A DNA stretch of 64,000 nt from Kaistia sp. Its GTDB lineage: Bacteria; Pseudomonadota; Alphaproteobacteria; Rhizobiales; Kaistiaceae. The translations under genes were made by a program, and so were the position numbers. Numbering within the stretch: position 1 is the first letter of the stretch; each line of letters starts with the position of its first letter. The notes beneath the pieces are model-generated. The model had not been told where the DNA came from. It saw only the letters and a list, made by a program, of their open reading frames with translations, and searched no databases. Positions 29,577 through 39,745 of the stretch are shown here, piece after piece. Where the stretch lies: contig OZ245770.1 in assembly GCA_965227845.1 (NCBI GenBank), forward strand, positions 2,715,017-2,779,016, written 5' to 3'.

Positions 29577-30469
29577 GCTGCACTCCCGCGCCGCGCGAGG
29601 CGGCCGATCGCCAGCGGCGCCAGCGCCACCAAGGCGCCGAGCACCAACACGAAGGCCGAGAAGGCCGAGGCGCCGGCATAGTTCATCGTCGTCGACAGCG
29701 AGGTGACGCTGTCGGCGAGATATTCCTTCTTGCCGCCGCCGAGCAGATTGGTGGTGACGTTGTCGCCGAGGATGGGCACGAAGGTGAAGATGACGCCGGC
29801 GATGATGCCGGGGAGTGCCAGCGGCAGCATCACGGTGCGCAGCACCGCCGTCGGCGCAGCGCCGAGATCGCGGGCCGCGGCGACGAGGTCGCCATCGACG
29901 AGCACGACGGCCAGGAAGACCGGCCAGACCATATTGGGAAAGTAGCTGCCGACCAGCCCGAAGCCGACCGCGAAATCGGAGAACAGCAGCCAGTCGAGCG
30001 GGGCATCGACGAGGCCGAGCTTCAAGAGAGCGGTGTTGATGGCGCCGCTGTTGCCGAGAACGGCGCGCCAGACCAGCGTGCGCGCAGAAGGGTCGAGGAA
30101 GAACGGAACCGTCAGCGCCATCCAGACCAGTTGGTCGAGCCAGCGCGGCTTCCGCGCCTTGGCCATCCAGATGGCGAATGGAATGCCGACCAGCGCACAG
30201 ATCGCGGTGACCGCCGCCGCCATCGAAACGGTCCGCACCAGCACTTCCCAGCGGCCGGACTGGATGATGTCGGCATAGGCGTCGAGCGAGAAGGTCCAGT
30301 CGATCTGGACGCCGCGCATCTTTACCAGCGAGAAGACGAAGATCCCGGCCATCGGCACCAGCACGATCGCGATCCAGACGACCGTGAACAGCACGAAGGG
30401 GCCCCATTCGCCGAGGCGGGCGAGAAGGGGGGCAAGGACGCGACGAAGACTGGCGAGGGATGCGGCCAT
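29573..30469 (-). CDS. ABC transporter permease (PotB-like)
   Basis: LVAAARDLGA, LPLALPGIIAG, LLGGGK. Confidence 0.9.
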   Translation of the reverse strand: MAASLASLRRVLAPLLARLGEWGPFVLFTVVWIAIVLVPMAGIFVFSLVKMRGVQIDWTFSLDAYADIIQSGRWEVLVRTVSMAAAVTAICALVGIPFAIWMAKARKPRWLDQLVWMALTVPFFLDPSARTLVWRAVLGNSGAINTALLKLGLVDAPLDWLLFSDFAVGFGLVGSYFPNMVWPVFLAVVLVDGDLVAAARDLGAAPTAVLRTVMLPLALPGIIAGVIFTFVPILGDNVTTNLLGGGKKEYLADSVTSLSTTMNYAGASAFSAFVLVLGALVALAPLAIGRLARRGSAA

Positions 30470-30563
30470 GAGCTGCTCTCGTTGGAACGCAGACTCTAGA
30501 GCATGACGCATGCCAACCCATAATTCCTTCTTTCTTTCATGTGCTTACGATATACCGCTTCCG

Positions 30564-30599
30564 AGATTGTCGACAATCTAACGATGATTGGCGACAAAT
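30564..30599. promoter_or_regulatory. Putative GntR/FadR-type operator pair in the divergent ABC/argE region
   Basis: Perfect 16-bp palindrome AGATTGTCGACAATCT (30564-30579) and degenerate copy GATTGGCGACAAAT (30586-30599) in an AT-rich patch. Confidence 0.65.
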
Positions 30600-30708
30600 T
30601 ATGAGCAGGCTGCGCAGCCGATTGCCGTCTTTTTCCGCAGCCGCGAGAGCCCGGCGCCGGCTAGCATGGCGGCGCCTGCATGGTGGACGGCAGGGGAAGG
30701 AGACAAGG

Positions 30709-31863
30709 ATGGCGCGTGCGGACACGTTGGCGATGATCGAGCGCTTCATCTCCTTTCCGACGGTGAGCCGCGACAGCAACCTGCCGCTGATCGCCTTTGC
30801 GGCGGAGACGCTGCGGCAGGCGGGCGCGACGATCTCGCTGACGCATGACGCGACGCGGCAGAAGGCGAACCTTCTCGCCTGCCTCGGGCCGCGCGACCGG
30901 CCCGGCATCATCCTTTCCGGCCATTCGGATGTGGTCCCGGTCGAGGACCAGGTCTGGACCGGCGATCCCTTCCGCCTCGCCCGGCGCGACGGGCGCCTCT
31001 ATGGCCGCGGCGTCTGCGACATGAAGGGCTTTCTCGCGATCGCAACGGCGATGGCACCGCGGCTCGCCAGCGCCCGGCCCGATGTGCCGGTGATCCTCGC
31101 GATGTCCTATGACGAGGAGGTCGGTTGTCTCGGCGTCGGTGATCTCCTTGCGGATATCGGCCGCAGCCTGGCGTCGCCACGCGGCGCGATCGTCGGCGAG
31201 CCCTCTGAAATGCGCGTCGTCGCTGCGCACAAGGGCAAGATCGGCTGCCATGTCGACGTGCGCGGCCGCGCCGCCCATTCCTCGCTGTCGCAGCTCGGCG
31301 TCAATGCCGTCGAAGCGGCGGCCGAGGCGATCGGCTTCCTCACCACGCTCAAGCGGCAGTTCCGCGACGCCGGGCCGCATGATCCGGCCTTCAGCGATCC
31401 GGATCACACGACCATCGAGGCCTGCATGATCGAGGGCGGAACGGCGGTGAATGTCATCCCGAGCCGCTGCGGCTTCGACTTCGACGTGCGCAGCGTGCCC
31501 GGCAGCGATCCGGGCGCCGTCGTCGCCGCGCTTGAAGCGCATGTGCGGACCGTGATCGAACCGGCGCTGCAGGCAGTCGATCCAGAAACCGGCTTCACCT
31601 TCACGCGGATCCCCGGCTGCGCCGCCTTCCGCCAGGATGCCGATGCGCCGTTCGCGCGGATGGTACGCAGCGTCCTGCCGCCGCATCCGGTCGGTGCCGT
31701 GCCGTTCGGCACCGAGGCCGGACATTTTCGCGAAGCGGGGATCGCGACCCTCATCTGCGGCCCCGGCGCGATCGCCGAAGCACACCAGCCCGACGAATTC
31801 CTCGCCATCGATCAGGTGACGGCCTGCGAGGAGTTCCTCGAGGCGCTCTGGGCCGCCGCCTGA
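30709..31863 (+). CDS. M20 family hydrolase, acetylornithine deacetylase (ArgE)-like
   Basis: LSGHSDVVP, GRGVCDMKG, YDEEVGC, GEPS, AHKG, FGTEAG, AHQPDE. Confidence 0.88.
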   Translation: MARADTLAMIERFISFPTVSRDSNLPLIAFAAETLRQAGATISLTHDATRQKANLLACLGPRDRPGIILSGHSDVVPVEDQVWTGDPFRLARRDGRLYGRGVCDMKGFLAIATAMAPRLASARPDVPVILAMSYDEEVGCLGVGDLLADIGRSLASPRGAIVGEPSEMRVVAAHKGKIGCHVDVRGRAAHSSLSQLGVNAVEAAAEAIGFLTTLKRQFRDAGPHDPAFSDPDHTTIEACMIEGGTAVNVIPSRCGFDFDVRSVPGSDPGAVVAALEAHVRTVIEPALQAVDPETGFTFTRIPGCAAFRQDADAPFARMVRSVLPPHPVGAVPFGTEAGHFREAGIATLICGPGAIAEAHQPDEFLAIDQVTACEEFLEALWAAA

Positions 31864-31960
31864 GAGCCTCCCCGCGGTGGTCGTTCGCCCGGGCACACGC
31901 TATCTCATAGGGAGCCGCCGCAGCGCATGAACCGATCGAGGCGGGAGACGTTGAGCTGCC

Positions 31961-33118
31961 ATGAAAACGACCGCCGCCAGCCTCGCCCTTGCCGCAGCGA
32001 CAACCCTCGTCGCCGTCATGCCCGCCCTCGGCCAGACAGCGTCGGCCCCGGCCTCGATCAATGCCGGCGGCCGCGCGCCGAACCCGGACAAGCCTTTCAC
32101 CGCCAAGGCCGTCGCCGAATTCGACACGCCCTGGGCGCTCGCCTTCCTGCCTGACGGGAGGATGCTGGTCACCGAAAAGCCGGGACACCTGTTTCTCGTG
32201 ACACAGGACGGACGCAAGACACCGGTCGACGGCGTCCCGGCCGTGCTCGCCGAAGGTCAGAACGGTCTACTCGACATCGCGCCGGCACCCGGCTTTCGCA
32301 GCAGCCGGCTCGTCTACCTGACCTATGTCGAACCCGGCGCCGGCGGCGGCGCGCTGGTTCTCGCCCGGGCCAAGCTCGTGATCGCCGGGACGCGCTGCAA
32401 GCTCGACGACCGCGCCGTGCTCTGGCGCCAGACCCCTGCGGGAGGCGGCGGCCAGCCCGGCGGCATCATCGCCTTCGACCCGGCGGGCGAACATCTCTTC
32501 CTCACCGTCGGCGACCGGATGCGGCCGGCGAGCGCGCAGGACCCCGACCAGGCGCGCGGCAAGGTGCTTCGGCTGACGCTGGACGGCGCGATTCCTTCCG
32601 ACAACCCGCAGGCGAGCGCCGGCGGCATTCGCGGCGAGACTTGGTCCACGGGCCACCGCAACCCTTATGGACTTGCCTTCGCGCCGGATGGCACGCTCTG
32701 GCTCGACGAGATGGGGCCGCGCGGCGGCGACGAACTCAACCGGATCGAACCCGGCCTCAACTACGGCTGGCCTCTCGTCTCCAACGGCGACAACTACAAC
32801 GGCACGCCGATCCCGCGCCATGCGACGCGGCCGGATCTCGCCGCCCCAGTTCTCTATTGGACCCCGGTGATCGCGCCGGCGGGTCTCGCCTTCTACGAGG
32901 CGGGCTTGTTCCCGCAATGGCGTGGCTCGGCCTTCGTCGGCGGACTCGCCGCAACCGCTCTCGTCCGCATCGCTTTCACCGCGACGGGCGGCGCCGACGA
33001 AGCCGAGCGCTTCGACATGGGCGCCCGCATCCGGGATGTCGCTGTCGCGCCGGACGGTGCGCTCTGGCTGATCGAGGACGCCGATCCGGGCCGCCTCCTG
33101 CGCCTCACGCCGCGCTGA
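31961..33118 (+). CDS. PQQ-dependent sugar dehydrogenase (GSDH/YliI-like beta-propeller), exported
   Basis: Signal peptide, PWALAFLPDG, QNGLLDI, GHRNPYG, GGDELN, NYGWP. Confidence 0.9.
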   Translation: MKTTAASLALAAATTLVAVMPALGQTASAPASINAGGRAPNPDKPFTAKAVAEFDTPWALAFLPDGRMLVTEKPGHLFLVTQDGRKTPVDGVPAVLAEGQNGLLDIAPAPGFRSSRLVYLTYVEPGAGGGALVLARAKLVIAGTRCKLDDRAVLWRQTPAGGGGQPGGIIAFDPAGEHLFLTVGDRMRPASAQDPDQARGKVLRLTLDGAIPSDNPQASAGGIRGETWSTGHRNPYGLAFAPDGTLWLDEMGPRGGDELNRIEPGLNYGWPLVSNGDNYNGTPIPRHATRPDLAAPVLYWTPVIAPAGLAFYEAGLFPQWRGSAFVGGLAATALVRIAFTATGGADEAERFDMGARIRDVAVAPDGALWLIEDADPGRLLRLTPR

Positions 33119-33133
33119 TGACCCGCCGCTCGC

Positions 33134-33162
33134 TTGCGATTGTCTCGCGCGCGATCTATCTG
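33134..33162 (+). promoter_or_regulatory. sigma70-type promoter with internal palindrome for the OhrR-like gene
   Basis: TTGCGA-N17-TATCTG; TCGCGCGCGA palindrome at 33145-33154. Confidence 0.5.
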
Positions 33163-33168
33163 AAGACG

Positions 33169-33654
33169 ATGAGCGAGCGCAGCGATACGACCACCGAACG
33201 GACGGACGAGGCTCCATCCGACCTGCCAGGGCCGCTGACGCTCGACGACTATCTGTGCTTCGCCCTCTATTCGGCGAGCCATGCCTTCAGCAGGCTCTAC
33301 CGACCGATGCTCGACGCGATCGGCCTGACCTATCCGCAATATCTCGCGATGATCGTGCTCTGGCAGAACGACGGCCTCACCGTCGGCGCGCTGGGCGAGC
33401 GGCTGTTCCTCGAATCGAACACACTGACGCCGATGCTGAAACGGCTGGAAGCGCTCGGTTTCATCACGCGGCGGCGCGAGGCCGGCGACGAGCGCCAGGT
33501 CCTGGTGCGCCTGACTGAGCGCGGCCGCGCGCTCCAGGCCGAGGCGGCCGGTATTCCGGCCTGCGCCTTCGAGAAGATCGGGCTCGATCGCGACCAGGCG
33601 ATCGACCTCCTGACCAGCGTCGCGAGCCTGCGCGATCGTCTTCGGGCTGGCTGA
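33169..33654 (+). CDS. MarR family regulator, OhrR-like
   Basis: LDDYLCFALYSASH (reactive Cys), GLTYPQYL, LTPMLKRLE, DERQV. Confidence 0.88.
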   Translation: MSERSDTTTERTDEAPSDLPGPLTLDDYLCFALYSASHAFSRLYRPMLDAIGLTYPQYLAMIVLWQNDGLTVGALGERLFLESNTLTPMLKRLEALGFITRRREAGDERQVLVRLTERGRALQAEAAGIPACAFEKIGLDRDQAIDLLTSVASLRDRLRAG

Positions 33655-33722
33655 GGGCCGACGCTGTCGGCCGCACCGGCGCTTCCTATATATTGGCGAC
33701 ACGAGCTCAAGGAGAGGCCACC

Positions 33723-34124
33723 ATGCTGACGACGTCATTTCCGGTCACGCGGACCGACGAGGAATGGAAGCAGCTGCTGACGCCCGAGCAGTATCATGTG
33801 ATGCGCCAGCACGGCACTGAATATCCCGGCAGTTGCGCGCTGCTGCACGAGAAGCGGCCGGGGACATTCTCCTGTGCCGGCTGCGGTCAGGCGCTGTTCG
33901 CCGCCAATGGCAAGTTCGAGAGCGGCACGGGATGGCCGAGCTTCAACGACCCGATCGAGGGCGCGGTGGAGACCACGGTCGATCGCAGCCATGGCATGGT
34001 GCGCACCGAAGTTCACTGCGCCCAGTGCGGCAGCCATCTCGGCCATGTCTTCGACGACGGTCCGGCGCCGACCTATCTGCGCTACTGCATCAACGGCGTC
34101 GCGATGACGTTCGATCCGGCCTGA
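33723..34124 (+). CDS. msrB: Peptide-methionine (R)-S-oxide reductase
   Basis: GTEYP, CAGC...CAQC Zn sites, KFESGTGWPSF, HLGHVFDDGP, RYCING. Confidence 0.96.
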   Translation: MLTTSFPVTRTDEEWKQLLTPEQYHVMRQHGTEYPGSCALLHEKRPGTFSCAGCGQALFAANGKFESGTGWPSFNDPIEGAVETTVDRSHGMVRTEVHCAQCGSHLGHVFDDGPAPTYLRYCINGVAMTFDPA

Positions 34125-34138
34125 GGGTTCCGACCATG

Positions 34139-34175
34139 CGCAGCGCTGCCGGGCTCCGGCAGCGCTGCGATTTCG
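34139..34175 (+). terminator. Intrinsic terminator after msrB
   Basis: cgcagcgctgccgg-gct-ccggcagcgctgcg 14-bp perfect stem followed by atttcgtt. Confidence 0.7.
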
Positions 34176-34243
34176 TTGGCATTTCGCCAGTCGGGCAGGC
34201 ATATCTCCACCCCTGAGACGGATTGTGTCGGGGGGACAGATCG

Positions 34244-35377
34244 ATGACCGTGCCGCCTATTTCGCGACGCTCCGCTGCGCTTCTGGCGGCCGGCCTCGCC
34301 ATCGCGACGGCCCTGGCACCGGCCGCCGGCCGCGCCCAGGATGCTGCGCCGATCAGGGTCGGCACCGTCGCCGCCACGGCGCAGCCGATCAATCCGGCCA
34401 AGGAATTCGTCGGCCGCATCGAAGCGAGGGAGCGCGTCAGCGTTCGCGCCCGTGTCACCGGCTATCTGCAGGCGGTGCAGTTCAAGGAAGGGCAGATCGT
34501 CAAGGAAGGCGACCTGCTCTACAAGATCGAGCCCGAGCCGTTCCAGGCGGCGCTGTCGCAGGCCGAAGGCAATCTCGATAAGGCGCGTGGCCAGAAGGCT
34601 TTCGCCGAGCAGCAGCTCGCCCGCGCCGACCAGCTCCTCAAGACGCAGACCGGCACGCAGGCGACCCGCGACCAGCGCCAGGCTGAGCAGCTCACCGCCA
34701 ATGGCGACGTGCTGATCGCCGAGGCCAACGTCCAGACGGCCAAGATCAATCTCGGCTACACCGAGATCACCGCGCCGATCACCGGGCTGATCGGCCGCAC
34801 CGCTGTCACCAGAGGCAATGTGGTCGGGCCGGACAGCGGCGTGTTGACGACGATCGTCAGCCAGGACCCGATGTTCGTGACGATCCCGATCAGCCAGCGC
34901 GAATTCCTGACGCTGAAGACCGACGACCGCACCAAGGGGGCCGGGCAGCTCACCGCGCTGATCCGCTTCTCGGACGGTACCGCCTACGACCAGCCGGGCA
35001 AGATCAACTTCGTCGACGTCTCGGTCGACCGCGCCACCGACAGCGTGCTGGTGCGCGCGGTGATCCCCAACCCGTCCGGGCTCCTGATCGACGGCCAGCT
35101 GGTCAAGGTCGCGTTGCAGCTCGAAGCACCGGTCGAGAAGATCCTGGTGCCGCAATCGGCGCTGATCGCCGACCAGAAGGGCGTCTATGTCTTTATCGTC
35201 GAGGATGGCAAGGCGGCGACGCGCCGCCTGACGCTCGGCGGAGAACTCGGGCCGAGCGCGATTGTCGATGACGGCCTCAAGGCCGGCGACCAGGTCGTGG
35301 TGCAGGGGCTCGAGACGCTGCGGCCCGGCGCGGCGGTCACCGCTTATCCGGCGGCGACGCTGCCGGGCGCAGGCTGA
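34244..35377 (+). CDS. RND efflux periplasmic adaptor (membrane fusion protein)
   Basis: VRARVTGYL, GQIVKEGDLLYKI, LGYTEITAPITG, GLKAGDQVVVQG. Confidence 0.93.
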   Translation: MTVPPISRRSAALLAAGLAIATALAPAAGRAQDAAPIRVGTVAATAQPINPAKEFVGRIEARERVSVRARVTGYLQAVQFKEGQIVKEGDLLYKIEPEPFQAALSQAEGNLDKARGQKAFAEQQLARADQLLKTQTGTQATRDQRQAEQLTANGDVLIAEANVQTAKINLGYTEITAPITGLIGRTAVTRGNVVGPDSGVLTTIVSQDPMFVTIPISQREFLTLKTDDRTKGAGQLTALIRFSDGTAYDQPGKINFVDVSVDRATDSVLVRAVIPNPSGLLIDGQLVKVALQLEAPVEKILVPQSALIADQKGVYVFIVEDGKAATRRLTLGGELGPSAIVDDGLKAGDQVVVQGLETLRPGAAVTAYPAATLPGAG

Positions 35378-35380
35378 GCC

Positions 35381-38300
35381 ATGATCTCCGCCCTCTTCGT
35401 CGACCGCCCGCGCTTCGCCATCGTCATCGCGCTCGTGACGGTTATCGCCGGCCTTGTCTCGCTGTTCGCGATCCCGATCGCGCAATATCCCGACATCGTC
35501 CCGCCGCAGGTCTCGGTGACGACCTTCTATCCCGGCGCCTCGGCGGCCGTGGTCGAAGCGACCATCGCCCAGCCGCTCGAAAGCCAGATCGTCGGCGTCG
35601 ACAAGGCGATCTACATGAAGAGCGTCTCGGGCAATGACGGCAGCTACTCGCTGCTGGTCTCGTTCGAGCTCGGCACCAATCCCGATATCAACGCCGTCAA
35701 CGTCAACAACCGCGTCCAGGTGGCGCTGTCGAAGCTGCCGCAGGATGTCCAGCGCCAGGGCGTGACGGTCAAGAAACAGTCCTCGGCGCTGCTCGGCGTC
35801 ATCGCGCTCTCCTCGCCCAAGGAGACGCATGACGAGTTGTTCATCTCCAACTACGCGACGATCAACCTCGTCGATGAGATCCGCTCGACCCCCGGCGTCG
35901 GCGACGCCCGCCTGTTCGGGCCGCAGGACTATGCGATCCGCGCCTGGATGCAGACCGATCGGCTGACCGGGCTCGGCCTCACCACCGCCGACGTCATCAA
36001 GGCGATCCAGAGCCAGAACGTCCAGGCGGCGGTCGGGCGGATCGGCGCGGCACCGATTTCCAGCGACCAGCAACTGCAGCTCAACATCCAGACCAAGGGC
36101 CGCCTGTCCTCGATCGCGGATTTCGAGCGCATCATCGTGCGCACCAATCAGAACGGCTCGGTGCTCCGGCTCGGTGATGTCGCGCGGCTTGAACTCGGCG
36201 CCGCCAATCTCGATCGCTCGACCCGCCTCAACGGCTCGCCAGCGACGCTGATCGGCATCTACCAGGCGCCCGGCGCCAACGCGCTTTCCACGCTGGCCGC
36301 CGTCAAGGCCAAGCTGGACGAGGCGAAGAAGAACTTCCCCGAGGACCTCGACTGGAAGGTCACCTACGATCCGACCACATTCGTGTCGGCGACCATCACC
36401 GTCGTGGAACACACGCTCATCGAGGCCTTCGTCCTCGTCGTGCTCGTCGTGTTCCTGTTCCTCGGCAACTTCCGCGCAACGCTGATCCCGACCATCGCCG
36501 TCCCGGTCAGCCTTGTCGGCACCTTCATCGTGCTGAACGCGATCGGCTATTCGGCCAATACGGTCTCGCTGCTGGCGCTCATCCTCGCCATCGGCATCGT
36601 CGTCGACGATGCGATCGTTGTGGTCGAGGCGGTCGAAGCCAAGATGGAACTCCATCCGGAGCTTTCGCCGGCCGACGCCACCAAGGCCGCGATGGCCGAG
36701 ATCACCGCGCCGATCATCGGCATCACGCTCGTGCTGCTGTCAGTCTTCGTGCCGGTCGCCTTCCTCGGCGGCATCACCGGCGAACTGTTCCGCCAGTTCG
36801 CCGTCACGGTCGCGGTCTCGATGCTGCTTTCAGCGATCAATGCGCTGACGCTGTCGCCGGCCCTTTGCGCCATCCTGTTGAGGCCGCATCACGGGCCACG
36901 CCGGGGGCCGATCGGCGCCTTGATGCGCGGCATCGATCATGTCCGCGACGCCTATGGCGCCGTGGTGGCGCGGCTCGTACGCATCTCGATCATCGGCCTC
37001 GCCATGGTCGTCGTCGCCGGCTTCGGCATCGTCACGCTCAACAAGGTGACGCCGACCGGCTTCCTGCCCGAGGAAGACCAGGGCGCCTTCTTCGTCGTGG
37101 TACAGACGCCCGACGGCGCCTCGATCGGCCGGACCGGCGCGGTAGTTTCTCAGGTCGAGGCGATCCTCAAGGACGAGTCGGCGATCGCCGACTATTCCTC
37201 GATCATCGGCCTCAACTTCGTCGACAACTATTCGCAGCCGAATGCCGCCTTCGTCATCGTCTCGCTGAAGCCGTTCGACGAGCGCACAGCCCCGTCGGAT
37301 TCCGCCGCCGCCGTGATGGCGCGGCTCTCCGGCAAGCTTTCCGGCGTCACCGGCGGCCGGGCGCTGCCGCTGGCGCCGCCGCCGATCATCGGCCTCGGCA
37401 ATGGCGGCGGCTTCAGCTACGTGCTGCGCGCGCTCGCCAACAACGACCCGACGGCGCTTGCCCAGGCGCTGCGCGGCCTGCTCGTCGCCGCCAATCAGGA
37501 CCCGCAGCTCTCGCGCGTTTTCAGCACGTTTTCGGCCTCGAATCCGTCGATTTTCCTCGATATTGACCGCGACAAGGCGCAGATCCTCGGCGTCGAGATC
37601 AGCGACATCTTCGCCGCGCTGCAGACCTCGCTCGGCGGGTCCTATGTCAACGACGTCAACCTGTTCGGGCGCACCTGGCAGGTGCAGGCGCAGGCCGAGG
37701 CCGCCGACCGCAAGTCGATCGACGACATCAGCCGCATCAATGTCCGCAGCAAGAGCGGCGAGATGATCGCGCTCCGCAGCCTCGTCGAGACCCGTGTCGT
37801 GCTCGGGCCGCAGGCCCTCATCCGCTACAACAACAAGCTCGCCGTTACAGTCCAGGGCAGCCCGGCGCCGGGCATTTCCTCGGGCCAGGCGCTGGCGGCC
37901 ATGGAGCGGGTCGCGGCCGCCTCGCTGCCCTCAGGCTATGGTGGCGAATGGACCGACATTTCGTTCCAGGAGAAGCGGGCCGAAGGCCAGATGGGCATGA
38001 TCCTCGGCTTCGCGGTTCTGTTCGCCTTCCTGTTCCTCGTCGCGCTCTATGAGAGCTGGACCATTCCGGTTCCGGTGCTGCTCTCGGTGGCGATCGGCCT
38101 TCTCGGCGCCTTCCTCGCCCTCGTGGTCGGGCACCTAACGCTCGATCTCTATGGCCAGATCGGCATGATCGTGCTGATCGGCCTAGCCGCCAAGAACGGC
38201 ATCCTGATCGTCGAATTCGCGAAGGAGCGGCGCGAGCACGGCATGCCACTGCTCGAGGCAGCGACGGAGGGCGCTCGGCTGCGCTTCCGGCCGGTGATGA

Positions 38301-38530
38301 TGACGTCCTTCGCCTTCATCCTCGGCCTCGCACCGCTGGTCTTCGGCAGCGGCGCTGCGATGCTGGCGCGGCGCAACGTCTCGACCCCGGTGTTCGGCGG
38401 CATGCTCGCCGCCTCGCTCATCGGCATCTTCGCGATTCCCGCGCTCTATGTGACGTTCCAGGCGCTGCGCGAGCGGGTGAAGGGTCAGTCCAAACCCAAG
38501 GCCGAATCGGACATCGCCCCCAAGACCTGA
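35381..38530 (+). CDS. RND efflux transporter permease (AcrB/HAE1 family)
   Basis: [45 protein letters not shown]. Confidence 0.95.
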   Translation: MISALFVDRPRFAIVIALVTVIAGLVSLFAIPIAQYPDIVPPQVSVTTFYPGASAAVVEATIAQPLESQIVGVDKAIYMKSVSGNDGSYSLLVSFELGTNPDINAVNVNNRVQVALSKLPQDVQRQGVTVKKQSSALLGVIALSSPKETHDELFISNYATINLVDEIRSTPGVGDARLFGPQDYAIRAWMQTDRLTGLGLTTADVIKAIQSQNVQAAVGRIGAAPISSDQQLQLNIQTKGRLSSIADFERIIVRTNQNGSVLRLGDVARLELGAANLDRSTRLNGSPATLIGIYQAPGANALSTLAAVKAKLDEAKKNFPEDLDWKVTYDPTTFVSATITVVEHTLIEAFVLVVLVVFLFLGNFRATLIPTIAVPVSLVGTFIVLNAIGYSANTVSLLALILAIGIVVDDAIVVVEAVEAKMELHPELSPADATKAAMAEITAPIIGITLVLLSVFVPVAFLGGITGELFRQFAVTVAVSMLLSAINALTLSPALCAILLRPHHGPRRGPIGALMRGIDHVRDAYGAVVARLVRISIIGLAMVVVAGFGIVTLNKVTPTGFLPEEDQGAFFVVVQTPDGASIGRTGAVVSQVEAILKDESAIADYSSIIGLNFVDNYSQPNAAFVIVSLKPFDERTAPSDSAAAVMARLSGKLSGVTGGRALPLAPPPIIGLGNGGGFSYVLRALANNDPTALAQALRGLLVAANQDPQLSRVFSTFSASNPSIFLDIDRDKAQILGVEISDIFAALQTSLGGSYVNDVNLFGRTWQVQAQAEAADRKSIDDISRINVRSKSGEMIALRSLVETRVVLGPQALIRYNNKLAVTVQGSPAPGISSGQALAAMERVAAASLPSGYGGEWTDISFQEKRAEGQMGMILGFAVLFAFLFLVALYESWTIPVPVLLSVAIGLLGAFLALVVGHLTLDLYGQIGMIVLIGLAAKNGILIVEFAKERREHGMPLLEAATEGARLRFRPVMMTSFAFILGLAPLVFGSGAAMLARRNVSTPVFGGMLAASLIGIFAIPALYVTFQALRERVKGQSKPKAESDIAPKT

Positions 38531-38542
38531 GGCCGGCGGCAA

Positions 38543-39745
38543 TCAGGCGATGCCGACGACGGCGCCGCGAGCCGGCGCGAAGCGATAGCCGTCTCGGCCG
38601 GCAGCCTTCGTCTCGTAGAGGGCCATATCGGCCCGGCGCATCGCGCTCTCGATCGGCTCGCTACGGTCGGTCATGGCGATGCCGAAACTCGCGGTGACGC
38701 GGTAATCCGCCGGCAGCAGCGGATAGGCCGTCATGGCGGCGAGCTCGCGGATGGCGTCGAGATAGACCCGCGCCGCCGCGATCGAGCATTCGGGCATCAG
38801 GACGCAGAATTCCTCGCCGCCGATGCGGCCGCAGACGCCGTTGCCCTGGGTCAGTTCGCCGAGGCTGGCGCCAAAGACGCGGATGACCTCGTCGCCGGCG
38901 GCATGGCCGAAGCGGTCGTTGATCGCCTTGAAGTGGTCGAGATCGCACATGATGAGGCTCGACGGCAGGCCTCGCGCCGTCGCCGCAAGCGCAGCCGCGG
39001 CCTCTTCCAGGAAGGCGGCGCGCGTCAGCGCCCCCGAGAGCGCATCGCGCTGCAACCGCCGCGCGGTATCCGCCATGACGGCACGGCCGACGACGAAGAG
39101 CAGCGACAGCCCGAGCAGGACCGAGAGGATGCCGCCGGCGGTCTGCGAAATCTGGGCATAAAGGGTGACGAGATAGTCACGGACATCGGGGCCGCTCTTC
39201 GAAGCCGCGCCGATCAGGAAGGCCTTGCCCAGGAAGTGGACTGCGCTGACGACAAGAACGAACCCGAGCGCGATATCGGGCGCGCGTCGGCGCGGCGCGG
39301 CCAGGACGAAGTAGGCCGCGATTCCGAGGATGATCGTGAATGGCACATGGTAGCACATGCCGAAAAGCAGCGCGCGCGGCAGGTCGAACAGAACGAAGGT
39401 GTTGATCGTCGCGGCCAGAACCCCGAAGGGGATCAGCCAGGCGATCGGCCGCTGCGGCCGATAATGCCGCGAGAGGCCCGCGGTGATCAGCGACACCGCC
39501 AGCAGCAGTGACGCGTAGGACATCGTCCAGACGAGGCGCGGCCAGGGAGCATCGAAGACATAGGCCAGACCCTCCGTAGCAACGGCGGCGGCCGCAGACA
39601 CGAAGCCAGCGGCACACCACCAGCCGAGACGGATTTCGCTCTTCCAGGTGAGCGCCAGAAAGGCGGCGGCAAAGCCGACGCCGATCATGAAATTCATCGC
39701 CAGGAGAAAAGCCGCACTGCCCATCAGTCCCCATCCGATCGACAT
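38543..39745 (-). CDS. Membrane-anchored diguanylate cyclase (GGDEF domain)
   Basis: Multi-TM N-terminus; DLDHFKAINDRFGHAAGD, RIGGEEF, VTASFG, ADMALY. Confidence 0.92.
   Translation of the reverse strand: MSIGWGLMGSAAFLLAMNFMIGVGFAAAFLALTWKSEIRLGWWCAAGFVSAAAAVATEGLAYVFDAPWPRLVWTMSYASLLLAVSLITAGLSRHYRPQRPIAWLIPFGVLAATINTFVLFDLPRALLFGMCYHVPFTIILGIAAYFVLAAPRRRAPDIALGFVLVVSAVHFLGKAFLIGAASKSGPDVRDYLVTLYAQISQTAGGILSVLLGLSLLFVVGRAVMADTARRLQRDALSGALTRAAFLEEAAAALAATARGLPSSLIMCDLDHFKAINDRFGHAAGDEVIRVFGASLGELTQGNGVCGRIGGEEFCVLMPECSIAAARVYLDAIRELAAMTAYPLLPADYRVTASFGIAMTDRSEPIESAMRRADMALYETKAAGRDGYRFAPARGAVVGIA

Noticed and set aside
27616-30521. 687-aa (27616..29679) and 612-aa (28683..30521) track ORFs suggesting fused ABC proteins
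   Set aside because: Their N-terminal parts are off-frame read-through of upstream genes. True starts with ATGA overlaps exist at 28686 and 29576.
33660-33700. Possible RpoH promoter (CCTATAT) upstream of msrB
   Set aside because: The -10 matches but there is no convincing CTTG-type -35 at the right spacing.
34244-38530. RND pair lacking an outer-membrane channel and regulator as an unusual system
   Set aside because: Using an unlinked TolC is common in alphaproteobacteria.
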